From the NCBI GenBank assembly GCA_010909165.1, contig VJWM01000178.1, positions 124,001-188,000 on the forward strand: a stretch of 64,000 nt of DNA, read 5' to 3'. The position numbers were made by a program, and so were the translations under genes. The notes beneath the pieces are model-generated. The model worked only from the letters and a program-made list of their open reading frames with translations, did not search any database and had not been told where the DNA came from. Shown here in pieces: positions 11,795 through 25,494 of the stretch. Source of the DNA: Anthoceros angustus (Eukaryota; Plantae; Anthocerotophyta). Every line of letters starts with the position of its first letter. The stretch's first letter is position 1.

Positions 11795-14700
11795 CGGGGT
11801 GTGTCTCACCATACAGGAGTTTGAAGGGAGTAACCCTTGTGACCGCATGCTTCGAGGAGTTGTACGCATACTCCAGCAAGGGAAGGAGCTCCGCCCACTT
11901 CGTCTGTTTCTCGTGTGTGAAATGGCAAAGCATGTCCTCTAACACCTGGTTCTGCTTCTCTGTCTGTCCGTCTCTCGGTGATAAGCTGAAGACATGTTCT
12001 GTTTGATGCCCAAGGTGTCCATGAAGTTTCGCCAAAACCCGGAGGTGAATTTTGCATCTCGTCCGCGAATGTCCTCGTGTGCCCTGTAATCGAAGGTTTG
12101 CAAAAAAGAGTGGCCAGGTGTGATGGTCGAGGTGACTGGGATGAAATGGCAGACCTTGGAGAACCTATCTGTCACCACCCAGATGCTGTCTTTACTAGAA
12201 CGGGTATGTGGCAGGTGTGTAATAAAGTCCATGGCTATTGACCGAAAACGGCCGCTGGGGATTTGTAGGGGTTGGACTAGGCCTGGGTGTTTCTGATGGC
12301 TAGGTTTGGCTTGTTGGTAGGACTGGCAGGAGCGCACCCACTCTATGCAATCTGAGCGCATGCCTTCCCAGTGAAAATGTTCCCGGACCTTAGTATAGGT
12401 TTTGTCAATACCCAAGTGCCCTGAGATCGGGGAATCATGCATATCATGGAGAATGGCCTGCTTGACCGCAATGAGCTGGGATGGGATGACCAACCGGCCC
12501 TTGCGGTAAACACAGGCATCTTTGAGGGAATACAGTTGGGTAAGTGCTGTGGGAATACCTGCTGGTGCATCTGCTAGGAGATGTTGGTATAACTGCCACA
12601 ACTCTGGGTCTTGAGGCACTCCGCATTAATCGAACTGCTTGTGACCGTGGTGGTCATGAGTGCGCCCTCCGCTGTGGCATCTCACCTAGAAGTCCCGTAA
12701 CATACTTGATCTTGAGGTCCGCTGTATTCGCCCACTGTCTCTGTCTGAGGTTGGGTTGCGAAAAGAAATGTTGTAAGGAGTGGTGGTCCGTGACACACCA
12801 CCTTCCGCCTAAGAGGTAATGCCTCCACACCTTGAGAGCGTGGGTGATTGCCAGCATTTCTTTATCATGTACAGCATAATTCAGCTATGCCCCTTGTAAC
12901 TTCCTGGATTCGTAGGCAATAGCTCGACCCTGTTGTGACAATACTGCACCCATAGCAAAATCGGATGCATATGTATGCAGGATGTATGGAGCCTAGGGGT
13001 CTGCCACCGCCAGGACGGGAGCAGAACTAAGGGCTTGCTTAAGCTGCTCAAATGCATGGACTGCCTCTGGCCCCAATTGTAAGGGTTTGTTAATTGAGAG
13101 CCTGAGGGCATCCGTCAGGGGAATAGCAATCTTACTGAAGCCCCGGATAAAGCGGCGGTAAAAGCCGGCCATGCCCAAGAACCCACGTAGTTGTGTGATA
13201 TCCGAGGCACACCATCACGCTTTGACTTACGGGGATCTACCCGATACCGCTAATCGATGATGTGACCCAGGTAATCACACTCCTCCCTCATGAAGACACA
13301 CTTACTTCTCTTGGCCAACAACTTGTTTGCACGTAGCAGCTCGAGTACCTTCCTAACCAAGTTGTAATGTGTCTCTGAATCAGGTGTGTATATGAGGATG
13401 TCGTCGAGGAATACTTCCACGCCGTGTCCCAGCAAAGGTCGTAAGATGTCCTGCATGAGACATTGAAATGTTGCAGGGGCGTTTGTCAGGCCAAACGGCA
13501 TGACCCTCAACTCAAAGTGTCCATGTCTTGTGCGGAAGGCTGTTTTAGATTCATCCCCTTCCTTGATCCGGATTTGGTGGAAGCCAGATCTCAGATCAAT
13601 CTTGGTAAACCATTTTGCACCATGAAGCTGGTCCAGGATCTCATCGATCCTCGGCATCTAGTATACATTTGTGACTGTGGCCCGGTTGAGCCCTCGATAG
13701 TCTATACATAATCGCCAACCGCCATCTGGCTTGCCAATAAGAAGGACTGGGGCTCCAAAAGGTGACACTGAAGGTCGTACAAACCCTCTCTGTAAAAGTT
13801 CATCTACCTGTTTCTTGATCTCTTCGTTTTCAGCAGCTGATGTACGGTATGGCTGGATACTAATGGGCTTATGGCCTGGCAGCAACTCTATGACATGGTC
13901 GACAGGGCGTCTAGGAGGGAGTTCTGCTGGTTTGGCGAACACATCCTGGAACTCCTGCAGCAGTGACTTCATGGCGGGTGGTAGGAGTTCCTCATGAGCC
14001 TTGGCTTCAGCAGCTCTGGACTCTGGGGTTCCCTCTAGGGGTAAGACTCTTTTCAGCTTCGCTACATACATGAACCTGCCAGAGGCAGTAGCTTTATAAA
14101 AAGTAGATACTGCAAACAATTGTTTGTCTGGTGTATACTGCTCACCCTGCATGGTGTACGTCTTGTCTCCTTTTGTGAGAATGACAACATTAGACAAGCA
14201 GTCTTTTTTCAATGTATGGGTATGCTATGCCAGCCAAGGTTTAACAATAATGATATCATGGCACAAGGACGGCATTACAGTCAGCTTGAAGACTTCTGCA
14301 AAACCACTCGGGAAGGTGATTAGTGCATCTGTCCACTCTTCTTTGCTGGTTTCATGCTCACCCAATGCTATTACTATGGACACCTGTCCAGAGGTGCGGA
14401 TCTGCAGACCAACCTTTTCAGCAGCGGTTCTAGACACATAGCGATGACTGGCACCAGAGTCCAGAAGGGCTGTGGCTCGGGCACCTTCTAGACCGACCTC
14501 TAGTTTGATGGGTACGTGGGTTAGGTAACTCTCTTGGACATTGGACTTTCCTGAGATTGTTGCTGCTGTGGCAGGGGTACTGATCTCGGTTGTGTTGATG
14601 TCATGTCCACTCTTGGGAGGGTTTGGGGTAGGTTGGCTCACTCAGGAGGTCTTCCCGGTTTCTCTCAACCAATTGATGAAGTCCTTGCGGAAAGGGCAGT

Positions 14701-16482
14701 TCTTTGAACCATGGTCCTGAGCCATGAAGCTGAAACACTTCCTCTTCTCACTGTATTCCCTCTTCTCTTCCTCCGTCAGGATTTTGAAAGTTGGCTTCTT
14801 TTCTAACGCATTGGCTGCCTTGTTCCACTTAGGCTTGGAGAGACCTGCAGAAGAGAGGTGTTTCTATTTGTCTGTACCGTAGTTGATGGCTGCCCGCATG
14901 GCTTCGACCAAAGTTGCTGGGTTCGTTTGGTTCACATCTGCCCTCATTTCGAATTTCAGTCCGTCGATGAATTTTTCGACTTTCTCCTCCTCATCCAGCC
15001 TGGGCATGTGAAGTGTAAGTTGGAGAAACTTATCACAGTACTCTTGTACGCTGCCTTGTTGGAATATCTTCCGGAATTGTTGATACAAATCCTTGCGATG
15101 ATTCACTGGTAGGAACTGTTCCAAGAAAAGTTGCTTGAGGAACTGCCAGAGCCGGCCCCATACCGAGATCCACTGCTTTCTCCGCGCCACCAACGGTAGG
15201 CATATCCTTTAAGCGACATCACGCAGAACTGGATCTTCTGCAAATCGTCGTTATCGGAGGTTGCAAGGTACTTGTCGAGTTTGTCCAACCAGTCATGCAC
15301 ACTTTGAGCGTCTTTGGCACTTCCGTTAAACATTGTGGTTTTGATTTTCCGTTGCAACTCCTTGTTGAGCTGGGGCTTCGATTTGAACAGGTATTCTTCT
15401 CCTCCTTCTACTTCCCCACTCGACCGACCTCGCTGACACTCCCAATGTTCATACCTCATCATCTGTAAACGTCTCACCATTGCTTTGATGTCCTTGTTTT
15501 CTTCTTCGCCAGGTTGGAGCTCCACGATGAGTTTCTTCTTTAGCTCTTCGTCCTCCAAACTGATTCTCTCAAAGACAAGGTACGTTGTGTACCTCCGTTC
15601 TTCTTCTTTCCTCGCGCCGTGGCGTGCCGCCCGTGATAACGTGTCGCCCATGTGTGGAGAGTGTCCCATCCACAAATGGTACGGGTCTGGGCCTCACAGT
15701 GTCTGAGGGTGGGAATTGGTGAGCGCCTGGGGGTGCCGATTGCTTCAGCGTCTGGAGCACACCCTCCAGCTGCCTCTCCAATCGGGCTTGGCCCTCCCCC
15801 ACCTGGACTTCGATCCGGTCGACAGCCCGCTCTACCTTTGCCAACTGTTGGTCTTGTCTTGACAAGGATGAGCGTAATTCGTCACAGGTTTGTTCGACGT
15901 TGGTTGTCCTTTCCTCCATTTTTCGCAAGGTGTCTGTCCGGTTTGCCTCACACCCAGCTGGCTCACCAACTATGGTCTGTGCAAGATGGCGGCGCGATTC
16001 CATTGGAGTGCCGTGCTTCCTCGGACGCCCGCGTCGCCGGATTACCGGCTCTGAGGTGTAGTCAGCGAGTACTCCTTAATGCATACATCATAATATAGAG
16101 AATATAAATAATTATGAGTCCTACAAAAATGGTACAAATAGTATTTATTACTAGTGTGAAGAGTGAAATTTGAAGAGAGGTATATACGATCCCTATAACC
16201 TTGGTTTTTCCCAACCAGAATGAATTTTTTAGAGAATTGGAGACTTCTTATATATATTTGAAAGTATACATGGAAGTCCCCCACAGGGATTTTGATCTGG
16301 AGTGAACCCATAGGGCATTGAAGGTGGCCCTTAAGGGCCATGAAGCTAGGGGAAAGGCGATACCCCATCCAAGCAGAACTCCATCCTAAGGACGTTTAAT
16401 TATGGAGTTCTAATCAACTTATGTCTCGATATCATTATTTAGTTCCAATCATCATGTCACGCCTTAAAGAGGGAGGATTACA
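11795..16482 (-). mobile_element. Ty3/gypsy LTR retrotransposon, 3'-truncated within integrase and frameshifted
   Basis: Order is gag (DWLDK, RWWR, FIDGLK), protease (LLDSGAS), RT ([32 protein letters not shown]), RNase H (GYYRRF-like GFYRRF, LAITHALKVWRHYL) and integrase (HDSPISGHLG, IAMDFI, DGQTEKQNQVLEDML). Confidence 0.95.
16057..16482 (-). repeat. Candidate 5' LTR (426 bp) of the gypsy element
   Basis: Bounded by tgtagtc (16057) and gattaca (16482), an imperfect TG..CA inverted terminus. It lies just upstream of gag, with AATAAA on the minus strand. No matching 3' LTR is seen. Confidence 0.6.
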
Positions 16483-16593
16483 TATTGAATTTCAACTTCT
16501 TTCTAACTCTTATCTTACATAATTAAGATCTTTTATTGCAATAAATAATAGAATTAGGTCTTGCCATCATTGGAAATATTTTTCTCCTGGGTA

Positions 16594-16941
16594 CCGTACC
16601 TCGAAGGGTGGTTCAACAGGATAATACCGAAATAATTATTTTTTGAAAAAAACAAGGTTCAACATAAATATTTATATTTTTCAAAATTTCAATATTTACA
16701 AAAAATAATTTTATCAAATTTCAATATTTATTAAAATATATAGGTATATATAAAACTAATGGATATGTATAGATCTCCCCTAAATAGGCCCTAATTTTCC
16801 ACACAAACCCTATTTTCCTTATTTTTGGCATCATAAACTCATAAATTTTTACCTATTCAATATTTTAAGTATAATAATTTCTAGATTTTCAACTTTTACT
16901 AATTTTAATTAATTAACGCCGAATCACCCCTTGGGGTACGG
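16594..16941. mobile_element. MITE with ~21-bp imperfect TIRs and TA flanks (Tc1/mariner/pogo-like)
   Basis: TA|ccgtacctcgaagggtggttc ... gaatcaccccttggggtacgg|TA, with a very AT-rich non-coding interior. Confidence 0.65.
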
Positions 16942-17432
16942 TAGTATATTTTGAAGAATGTTACATTATAATTAATAATTTAAAAAAAGTATCATCGTTG
17001 GAGCAAAGAGAGCTTGGTTCCTCGTGAGCTCTAGCCTAAGGAGGTTTGATTCCTAAATGCCATGATGAGAAGTTCAGCAAATCACTACTCAATGCAAGTG
17101 AAACAATTTACAAACTTCGTGGACCAAATGGTGAAAGGATTGACAACTACTACCGTCTTTACCAGCAAAACGGAGACCAAGAGTTCCTTACACCTTGATC
17201 TACAAGAACATACAAAACATCGCATTCAATTTCTGTTCCTTGAACAGTCTATCCAAACTGCGGTTGTCCATGACAATGCCACCTCCTGTTGCATTCAACA
17301 CCTCTAACCCTTCAGTAGTTAAAAAGAATTGTATTTCACAAGATTGCCCACTTATTGGTGCAAAATTCAGTACTCGTCACCGTCGATGTCTTTAACCTTT
17401 GCTGTAATCAGCAGATAATAACGACCTAGGTT

Positions 17433-20400
17433 TCACCTATCACTCTTGATTGTTGGATAGCCAGCTCCCCCAACGTGGCCATTGCCATTGCTACCAAGCG
17501 GCCCGTTTCCAGAGGATGACAGCTGTTCAGCAAAGCTCCGTCTTGATTTTGGATTCCTTGGGGAGAGCATGTACCCACCGGCGATGGGGGACATCATCCC
17601 ATTACCGTTCACATCACCATTTGATGCAGCATACATTGCAGCAGATATACCCGCAGGCTTAGCAATAGGCGGTAGCCCCGTTGCATCGGCACCCGTGTGT
17701 GGTGGCCTTGATGGAGCGTCGTAATCTAGGGGCAATTCTTCCAAGGTCTGGCACATGTAACCACACAAACACAGCTCACATCCGTTTGGCATGTAAACAA
17801 GCTGCAAGGACCTAGAGTTATGTAGTCACCGAAAACCCAAAACATTCACAACTCTATGAACAACAAAGCCCCGGAATGATTTGAGACTCAGATGTTGCAC
17901 TTCGCTGTCACGTCAGACTTGACACTGACAGCATATGAACTTCTCTTAATACACCCCTACTGTTCGCAAGTATGTCAGACCTAAACAAACGAATGAGATG
18001 ACGGAAGCTAGGAAGATTTCTTTTAATTTCCAACAGATAAAAAAGAGATGTCCAACTCCTGCAACAAACAACCCAACCCAAAGTTTTCTCAGCCTAAGAT
18101 CTGAGAACAGTACCCACATCTCTACCTGGCCCTCTTCCTTCAAAAATGCACCATAATGATTTCTTCATGCTCTAGGTGCCATAGTCTAGCATATACACAC
18201 TTTATTTACGGCAGAGAGTGATTTTGCAGCAGCAGCTCATCCTTTCCGATGAGGCTATTGCCATGCACCAACACAGCAGATAGTTTCAGCCTGGTATTGA
18301 AAACAAAAACAAGATCAAAGGAACTACGAACATACCCAGGCAGCTTGCTGTAGCACACGAACTATCTCCTTGCACCTCTTTCTCTTTACTGCAATCTCCT
18401 CCTTTTCTTGCAGCATCTCCTCGAACAGATTTTCCCTGACGAAACAATTTGTATACATTCGCTTCAATTGGACATGGACCATTAGGACCTCCAGAATGAC
18501 TCGTGAACCACGAACCAGGGCCTAAGAATGCCAAACGAAGGAGAGGGTTGCACCTGTAAAGCTTTCTGATGAAGACACTGTGCAATTCACGCTTTACATG
18601 GTTAACCTGAGGTGGCAAGCAGACACTTGAGACGTCAATCAAGGGTCTCAAGAAGTATCCTCCTCGAGCACAGAAGGGAGAAAAGAACAACGGTGGCAGA
18701 AAGGTCACAGCTTGCTCCTACCAGAAAATGCATAATAGCCTTGGGTACAGAGTCTTGAATGTTCTTCCTAACAATGTCATAATATGACTTTAATAACAAT
18801 CGAGTCACAGCAATCTCCACCGTCTCCTGCTCTGTTTGCGCATCAGTGGCTCTCAACACAGATGGTGGCTGGGGACAATCACATGTACAAGAATCAGAAC
18901 TGATAACAAGGGCCAGACGAGCAAATCTCGTGGTGAGGAATGCAGGGACAACAGAACTCACCTCTCTCAAGCAGATACTTGCAAAACTTGCATCCATTCC
19001 TTGGACCGTCTCAGGGAATCCCCTACTGACAACCTGCTCTTTGCCATTGGTTGCCCTCAATTCATTGCCTCCAAAAATTGATGATATACCCCAAGATGAA
19101 TTCCCTGTATGGTGAAACCAGTAGACAGGAGGCTATTGGATGACTCTTTAACTTCTACACAATTTTAGGGATGACCAGGACAAGGAACCCAATCCAGGAC
19201 AACGCTCAGGGGTGTATCATAAAAAATGGATGAAACATGTACCCAGGCGCAAGAGCTCTGGTTCAAAAGAGGAAATCCAATGTTCTCACCTGACACACTA
19301 GGCTTCTCTTTCTCTGGTTGACTTGGACCTGGCCTTGCAGTCTGCGACATAAATGAAGATGGGACGCTTCAAAAAAAGTATGAGGCCGGACATACATGTC
19401 CTACCTACCCCAATCATGACTGAACAGCTGAGAATGAAGCAAGAGCAGTTCTTGAACTGAATGTCTCAGGCTGCCTTTTAGTTTGCCTTAGCTTTTACTT
19501 CCTTAAAGACATACATGCTCAGCAACAACTCCTGACACATTAGTCCTTGCCAAAATTGCTCGTGCCTTGGTAGTCTTTTCCGGAACTGTTAATCTGTCAG
19601 CTCCTGACTCCTTCCAATCAGCAGCATCCTGCACGAGTCACGACACGGATGAGGCACAAAATCTGAAATGTGTCCACGTTCTTACCATTCCTCCTATCTC
19701 AATGGACACATGCTATCCTAAAGGGAGAGGAAGCATAACTCCACATGGCAGAACAATCAGGCCCACACTATGCAGCAGCTACTACTTGTAGAGATCTGCA
19801 AATGTTACAACAATCTAAAAGCGCACCCCCCAATTGCAGGTTTGTCTTGCCAAGGGGGGTGCCAACCTTAGATTTAATGTTAGGAGGTGAGACCTTAGCA
19901 CCACGTTGTTGCTGCAGGGCAACCTCCACAGCTTTACTACCTCCAACAAATCCAGGATGAGATGTGTTGATGTAATCCATCTGCGAACCCGAAGTCATCG
20001 ATGCCTTGTGTCACTGAAGGGCTGCTCAATCTTAATCTGCTCATCAAATATCCAAATCGCCCATCCCATTCCAATCAGCCTTAGCCATTTACCTCCATCT
20101 CAATAAGATGCCCTATCATGGTCTCCGCAGGAGCCAGACCTTCTCGCAAAAAATTGGCCACCACTTCTTCAATGCGCCGGCGCAACACAGGAAACCTTTG
20201 TAATTCGTAGGTCTCAGAGCGGTGTGAAATCTACACAGGGACTTCCAACACAAAACACTAAGATGCGAAAGATGAAATACAAAGCCGGAGCCCTGAACTA
20301 TGGATAACCATAGATACGCCCCACTAAGACATACCTTCACAAGCTCATCATAAATGAAACGTGCACACTGTAGGCTTGGCTCTAGCAAGCGAGCAATCTG

Positions 20401-22896
20401 CCTACGCACCAACACTTCAAATGGGACCTGGGTCACATAAGAGGCATTTGGTGTGAGGAATCTTAAAGATCTCAGAAGATTCCTTACGATGAGTGCACTT
20501 CAACACATGCTACCCACTCTCACCTCTGGAACAAACAGGACATTCTTTGGGCCAGTTGCATTTTGAATTGCCGTGCGTATGTCCTCATCAGTCAAATCAT
20601 CACAAGGATCTACCTCCTGCCCAAACAAAGAACGTCAGGTAGCCACCCAGAAGAACGGCTAATGCAGAGTGCTAACACGTGGTGCCACAGCAAATAGCAT
20701 CTGAAATTGCTACTACATGAGGAGGATTACCTCCAGACTTTTAACAAAAATAGCTTGGAATATGTAGTGAATACGGGCACCCCCCGATAATTCTGAGGTT
20801 GACATCTCCTCGTTCTTGCCATCGACGATTGATGCAAACCCTGAAAAGACATGCCTCAGCATAATCATAGCTACAAGCAGCAAAGGCAGCATGATGTAAA
20901 CAGGTGACCAGAACTACCTTGTGAGTACTTGGTGAGAATGTTTAACAATAGTGCTCCTTGCCCTGACTGCAAAGATGCCAAGAGGAGAAGCAGTCATTCC
21001 CCAACACCTAAAAGCCAGTAACACTGTTTTAGAGCAAAAGATGATTTTGTACCTTAGATTCTGTGAGCTCCCCATAGCTAGCAAGTTCTTTTTGCAGTGT
21101 GACCATCTGTGTGCTTATTCGGGCCTTTAAGTCTGGCAAAATTGCACGAATGTGCTGTACCAAAATCTGGGAGGCAGAGAAGAGGCAGCTTCAAACTTAG
21201 TTAACTCTTTGAAGACGTTAGGAGAGAAATGGTATGCAGAAGACACCACAATTGAACTGGGAAAGTCTAGCACCAACCGTGTTCAACTTCTTTGCCAACT
21301 GAGGAATCCCACATCTGTCTGACAAGTTGTGATACACCTGAAACAAGCAACAAGCCTTGTCAGAGGCACTAAAACAAAGCCCTAAACAGCTGTCGAGATC
21401 CTTAGCACCAAACTAAACATGTGCCATGGAGGACGCACTGGTCGTGTTCGAAAGAAGGTTTCTTCATAGTTGAGAGCGTCCCTAATGCTTTTGTTCGCTG
21501 TAATGTCCTGAGAGCGATTTCAAACTCATGAGTAAAGTTGGGAAATACTTAAACATAATAATCACCTTGAATTAGGATGAGAAAGATGGGTCTCCAGGTC
21601 CACACTTACTTCCTGACTGCGGTTAACCACGCCAACGTACCCAAGCTTGAGAGGGACAACATTCCCTAATAGGAAGTTGCGAGCATCTGTTCCCCTATCC
21701 ATAATATCTAACTGCTCAGAGGAAATCGCAAACTGATCAGAACCATGTAAAATTCCGTACACCACATTTAAATCAGAACCCTTGCTGAAGATTTCTCCCC
21801 CGGGGTTGTTTTGATTTATTTTCAAAATACCAAATTAAAAAAAAAACCACATTTAAAGAAAGTACGGCCAGCAACAAGGAGGGAGGATGTAGCATATGAA
21901 TTGGAAGATACCTTAGTGATCACACCAATAGTGCGTGATCCTGTTAGAGACAGATACACAGGTGAGAAGACAAAGTTGGCAATAGAAAATCAATCAAAAT
22001 CTACATACATTCCAGGTGCATGACTGGGTAAAGACCAAGAGTAACTAGATCTGGGAAGCCCAAGATGCAATAAGCTGGAAGAAATACCGTCAGGATCAGC
22101 CATTCTTGCCATTTGGAGTGCATCCGAGTTAGCAAGGTCAGCATTTGCAGGAGAGACAGCAAGGATAATACATGTCTCGTGCTTGATGTAATTCAGAATC
22201 ATGGTCCTTACTCGAGCTTCAATATCGTTGGGCTGATCCCCAACAGGAACCTTAGTTATCCCTGGCAAATCAACTAGGGTGATATTCAAAACACTGGGAG
22301 AGAATATCTTGAGACGGATCTGTTTCTCTGAAATCCCCTTATTCAACCCAAGCTCCCGCTCTGTCTCAGCCTGAAAAAAGGAAACGACAAAGCATGAGAG
22401 GTGCGTCTGTCACGTAAAAAAGGGAAGAAAACAATGCGGCGGCAAGAATACAGCCACATAATACAAAACGCACCTGAATTTCCTTGCGGATCAGGCTGAA
22501 GTCAGTAAACCTCCTGCCGGGAATATGCAAGAACTCTCCCCATTCCACCAAATCGCCACGGTCCTCAGGCCTTCGGATGGTCTGGACAAGCTGCAACACG
22601 AGAGGCCGGCGGGTGCAAATGTCCTGACCCCTGGGCAGAAAATCCCGCCCAACCAGTGCCTCCAGCACGCTCGACTTGCCACTACTCTGGCTTCCAACCA
22701 CAGCCACTTGGGGGAGGTCGATGGTAGACGCACTCCCTAGCTGGGCAAATATATCTTGGAGCTTGTTGACGAGGGGAATGACGGACTGGCCCAAGAATGT
22801 GGTGGAGGCAGGGCTAGGTGAAGGAGGAGGTACCGCCGCTGGGGACCCCGGCGCCGTGGGTGGAGGAGTGGACACTCCAGGAGCGCTCGCCATCAT
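17433..22896 (-). CDS. DRP3: Dynamin-related protein 3 (mitochondrial/peroxisomal fission GTPase), multi-exon
   Basis: G1 [10 protein letters not shown]3 DLPG, G4 TKLD-containing exon ([16 protein letters not shown]), middle domain [48 protein letters not shown] introns. Confidence 0.95.
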
Positions 22897-24210
22897 GGCG
22901 TCGGGACTGGCCACACACCACCCCAAGAATCAAACCGCACGAGGCAACGGCTGCCACACCGTCCCCTACTCCTGGTCCTGGTCCTGATCGGATACTTCCT
23001 CACTCAATCCCTGCAAGGGAAGCCCACGCACAAGCCGCTTCAGCATGCAGCAGCTTGAACCCTCGCCGAGCGCAACCAGCCAGCTGCGGCAAAATTGAGA
23101 TCCCAGCAGGATCACACGACCACCACACAACCCAATTCAAAATTCCAAGCCACCAATTCCGCGCAGTCCCACCAGATTCAGCACCCTCCACACGCGGGCT
23201 GGGAATTCAACAGCTGCAGGCGGGAAATCCGCAAGCAGAGACGCAGCAGAGCAGGGGAGGGAAGGGAAAGGCAGGGCAGGCAGCCCTAACGCGGGGTAGC
23301 TCCGGGGCGCCGCAGCAGTGGCAGCACCTCACCTCAGGTCACACAGCAGGCCCCGGCATTGCCCGGCTCGGAGCGAGAGACGAGCGCACAAACCCACCCA
23401 CCAAACCCACCGCCCAGCAGCGGATGCAAGCCAACACCGATTGACCGAGCGCCTCCTACCTGCTCAGGCTCAGGCTCAGGCTCCCGCTCCCGCTCCCGCT
23501 GATGCTCATGCAAGGGGACATACATGGATGTGAATCCCAGCAGCCCTGGGCTGGAAGGCTACGCTAAGCAAACGCCAGGCTCAGGGCCGAAGAAATCAAT
23601 AGCCTCGGGGGCGTGGCGGGCAAGGAAAGATTATACTACCAAGTTCAGTCCCGCGCGTAGCAGAGCAGATATGTGGGGCCCTGGCAAATGGACAGTTGAT
23701 GGGTCCGCTGGTCTCGGTGAGATGGGAAGGAGCGGAATCGAGACGCTGTTGCGCTAAAACCGCGAGAATTCACTTGGAGCTCGAATCAGCAACCAGCTCG
23801 CACTCCCGAGCCAGTCCTGCCCCGGAGGAAGGCAGCTAGCTTTGTGGGCGGTTCACGAATGCTGCCGGTTGGTGAATGTTTCGCCAGGCCTTGCCAGCCA
23901 CCATTTGAACTTGGAGTGAAGTGGCGCAGGGCGGGGGCCACGTCCTCCCGCCCTGCTGTGACCGTTTGTCCAGCCCCTTCCACCTTTGCACGCTCCCGTC
24001 TCTCCCATTTGCTGCCTACCAGCTTCCACATAAACGACATCGACATGGATTGATGGCACGCACTTGCGTGCCACTTGGGTGCCAGGATGCATGCTTTGGG
24101 AAGGAGGAGGGAAAACCCTAATCGAGGCCTCGTGCTGCTGTCCTACTCTAGGTGATCTACTCCTTTGCATCATGTGAGTGATTCTGACCCCGCCAGGGCT
24201 CTGGTGGGAG

Positions 24211-25494
24211 TCATGGCTGAGGGACCACTCTGGGGCCGCTGTAAGTGCCTCTTTGAACCACGAAGTCGTCCGGAGGTTGATACCCTTGTAGCCATGCGCA
24301 GGTCGTGTCCGTGTCTATGTCCCCTCCAGCTTGCCCTCGAGACGGAGACCCTGCTCCTCTTCCTGAGAAGAGGGCCAATCATGAGAAGCATGAGTTTTGA
24401 GAGAGTTTGGTGTTGTGGTAGTGGGAGTGGAGTGCAGAGTATGATGCAAGGCTTACCAGAAGGAATTCCGGGTGTGCAGGGAGTTTCCCTGTAGTATGTG
24501 CAATGCCGTCCTGATTCTGTGGAATAGGGCGGCGCTAGAACGTCCAGGACAGCACAGGGGGTGATGGCTGTGAAGGCATGGATGTTACCGCTGTCGGGGA
24601 ACAATACTGCGATGTCGCAAGGGGCCGACAGCACCTTGTCCACGGCCAGGTTTGCTAGTCTTCCTGCACCATGATCAAGAGAGGCAGCTCAGGATACATA
24701 GCAGCCAGCATTGATGGGTTTTGCTCAGGCCTGGGACTGGGAGCAGCAGAGCTTACGTTGTGATGGGTCGGCATTGAGCTTCTCGTCATCTGGGTTTACC
24801 CAGTCATAGGCACGGATGTGCAGGGAGCCGTACAGGAGTTTGCTCAGCACAGTCATCCCCGGATGATTGTGGAGGGGGATTACTGCTGATGTGGGTAGGC
24901 AGAAGATGCCCATCTGCACAGCCATCATCCCCAGGTTACTAACTCACTCGCCTCAGGGTGGCATGGCCACCTCAGGCTGGGCGAAAAGCTTACCGAGAAG
25001 TCATCGTTTTCATACAGATGAAGGTAGGAGATGGGAGGTGCCCATCGAGGAGATGCTGCCGAGTGCCGGCCCCGTCGGCCGTTGAGTCCGAAAAAACCGA
25101 ACCCACGATCCTGTTCCCCGGCATTCTCTGCGTCCAGCCCAACATCCGTGGGGGTCACACCCTCTGCAGAACACTCCAACGCAGCGTCAGAATTCCCACC
25201 ACAATCACATGAGCCGCCACATATGAGCAGAAGGGGAAAGGAAGACAGTACCTCACCTAAAACCCGTCGTACTTGCTGCAATGACTGCAAGGAGGGGGAG
25301 GTGGAGAGAGGGAATGTGGCCTTGCAAACGTCATACAGCTGCTGTACAGCCACCATGCTCTTCCTCTGATTTTCGAATGCCTGGCTGGAACACAAGGTCT
25401 TGCCGGCGACCACGCGCTTGCGCATAACAGCAGCGCATGGGTTGTTCTCGCTGCCCACCCAGCAGTGAGACTTGATCCGCCCCAGCACGTTCAT
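24211..25494 (-). CDS. PCO: Plant cysteine oxidase (PCO/ADO cupin, PCO4/5-like); alternative start at 25356
   Basis: [23 protein letters not shown]|[53 protein letters not shown], and a last exon [22 protein letters not shown]. Confidence 0.95.

Noticed and set aside
17005-17055. ggtttgattcct resembles a tRNA T-arm
   Set aside because: No convincing cloverleaf or A-box can be folded around it.
23460-23500. (gctcag)n/(gctccc)n hexamer run upstream of DRP3
   Set aside because: An ordinary short microsatellite.
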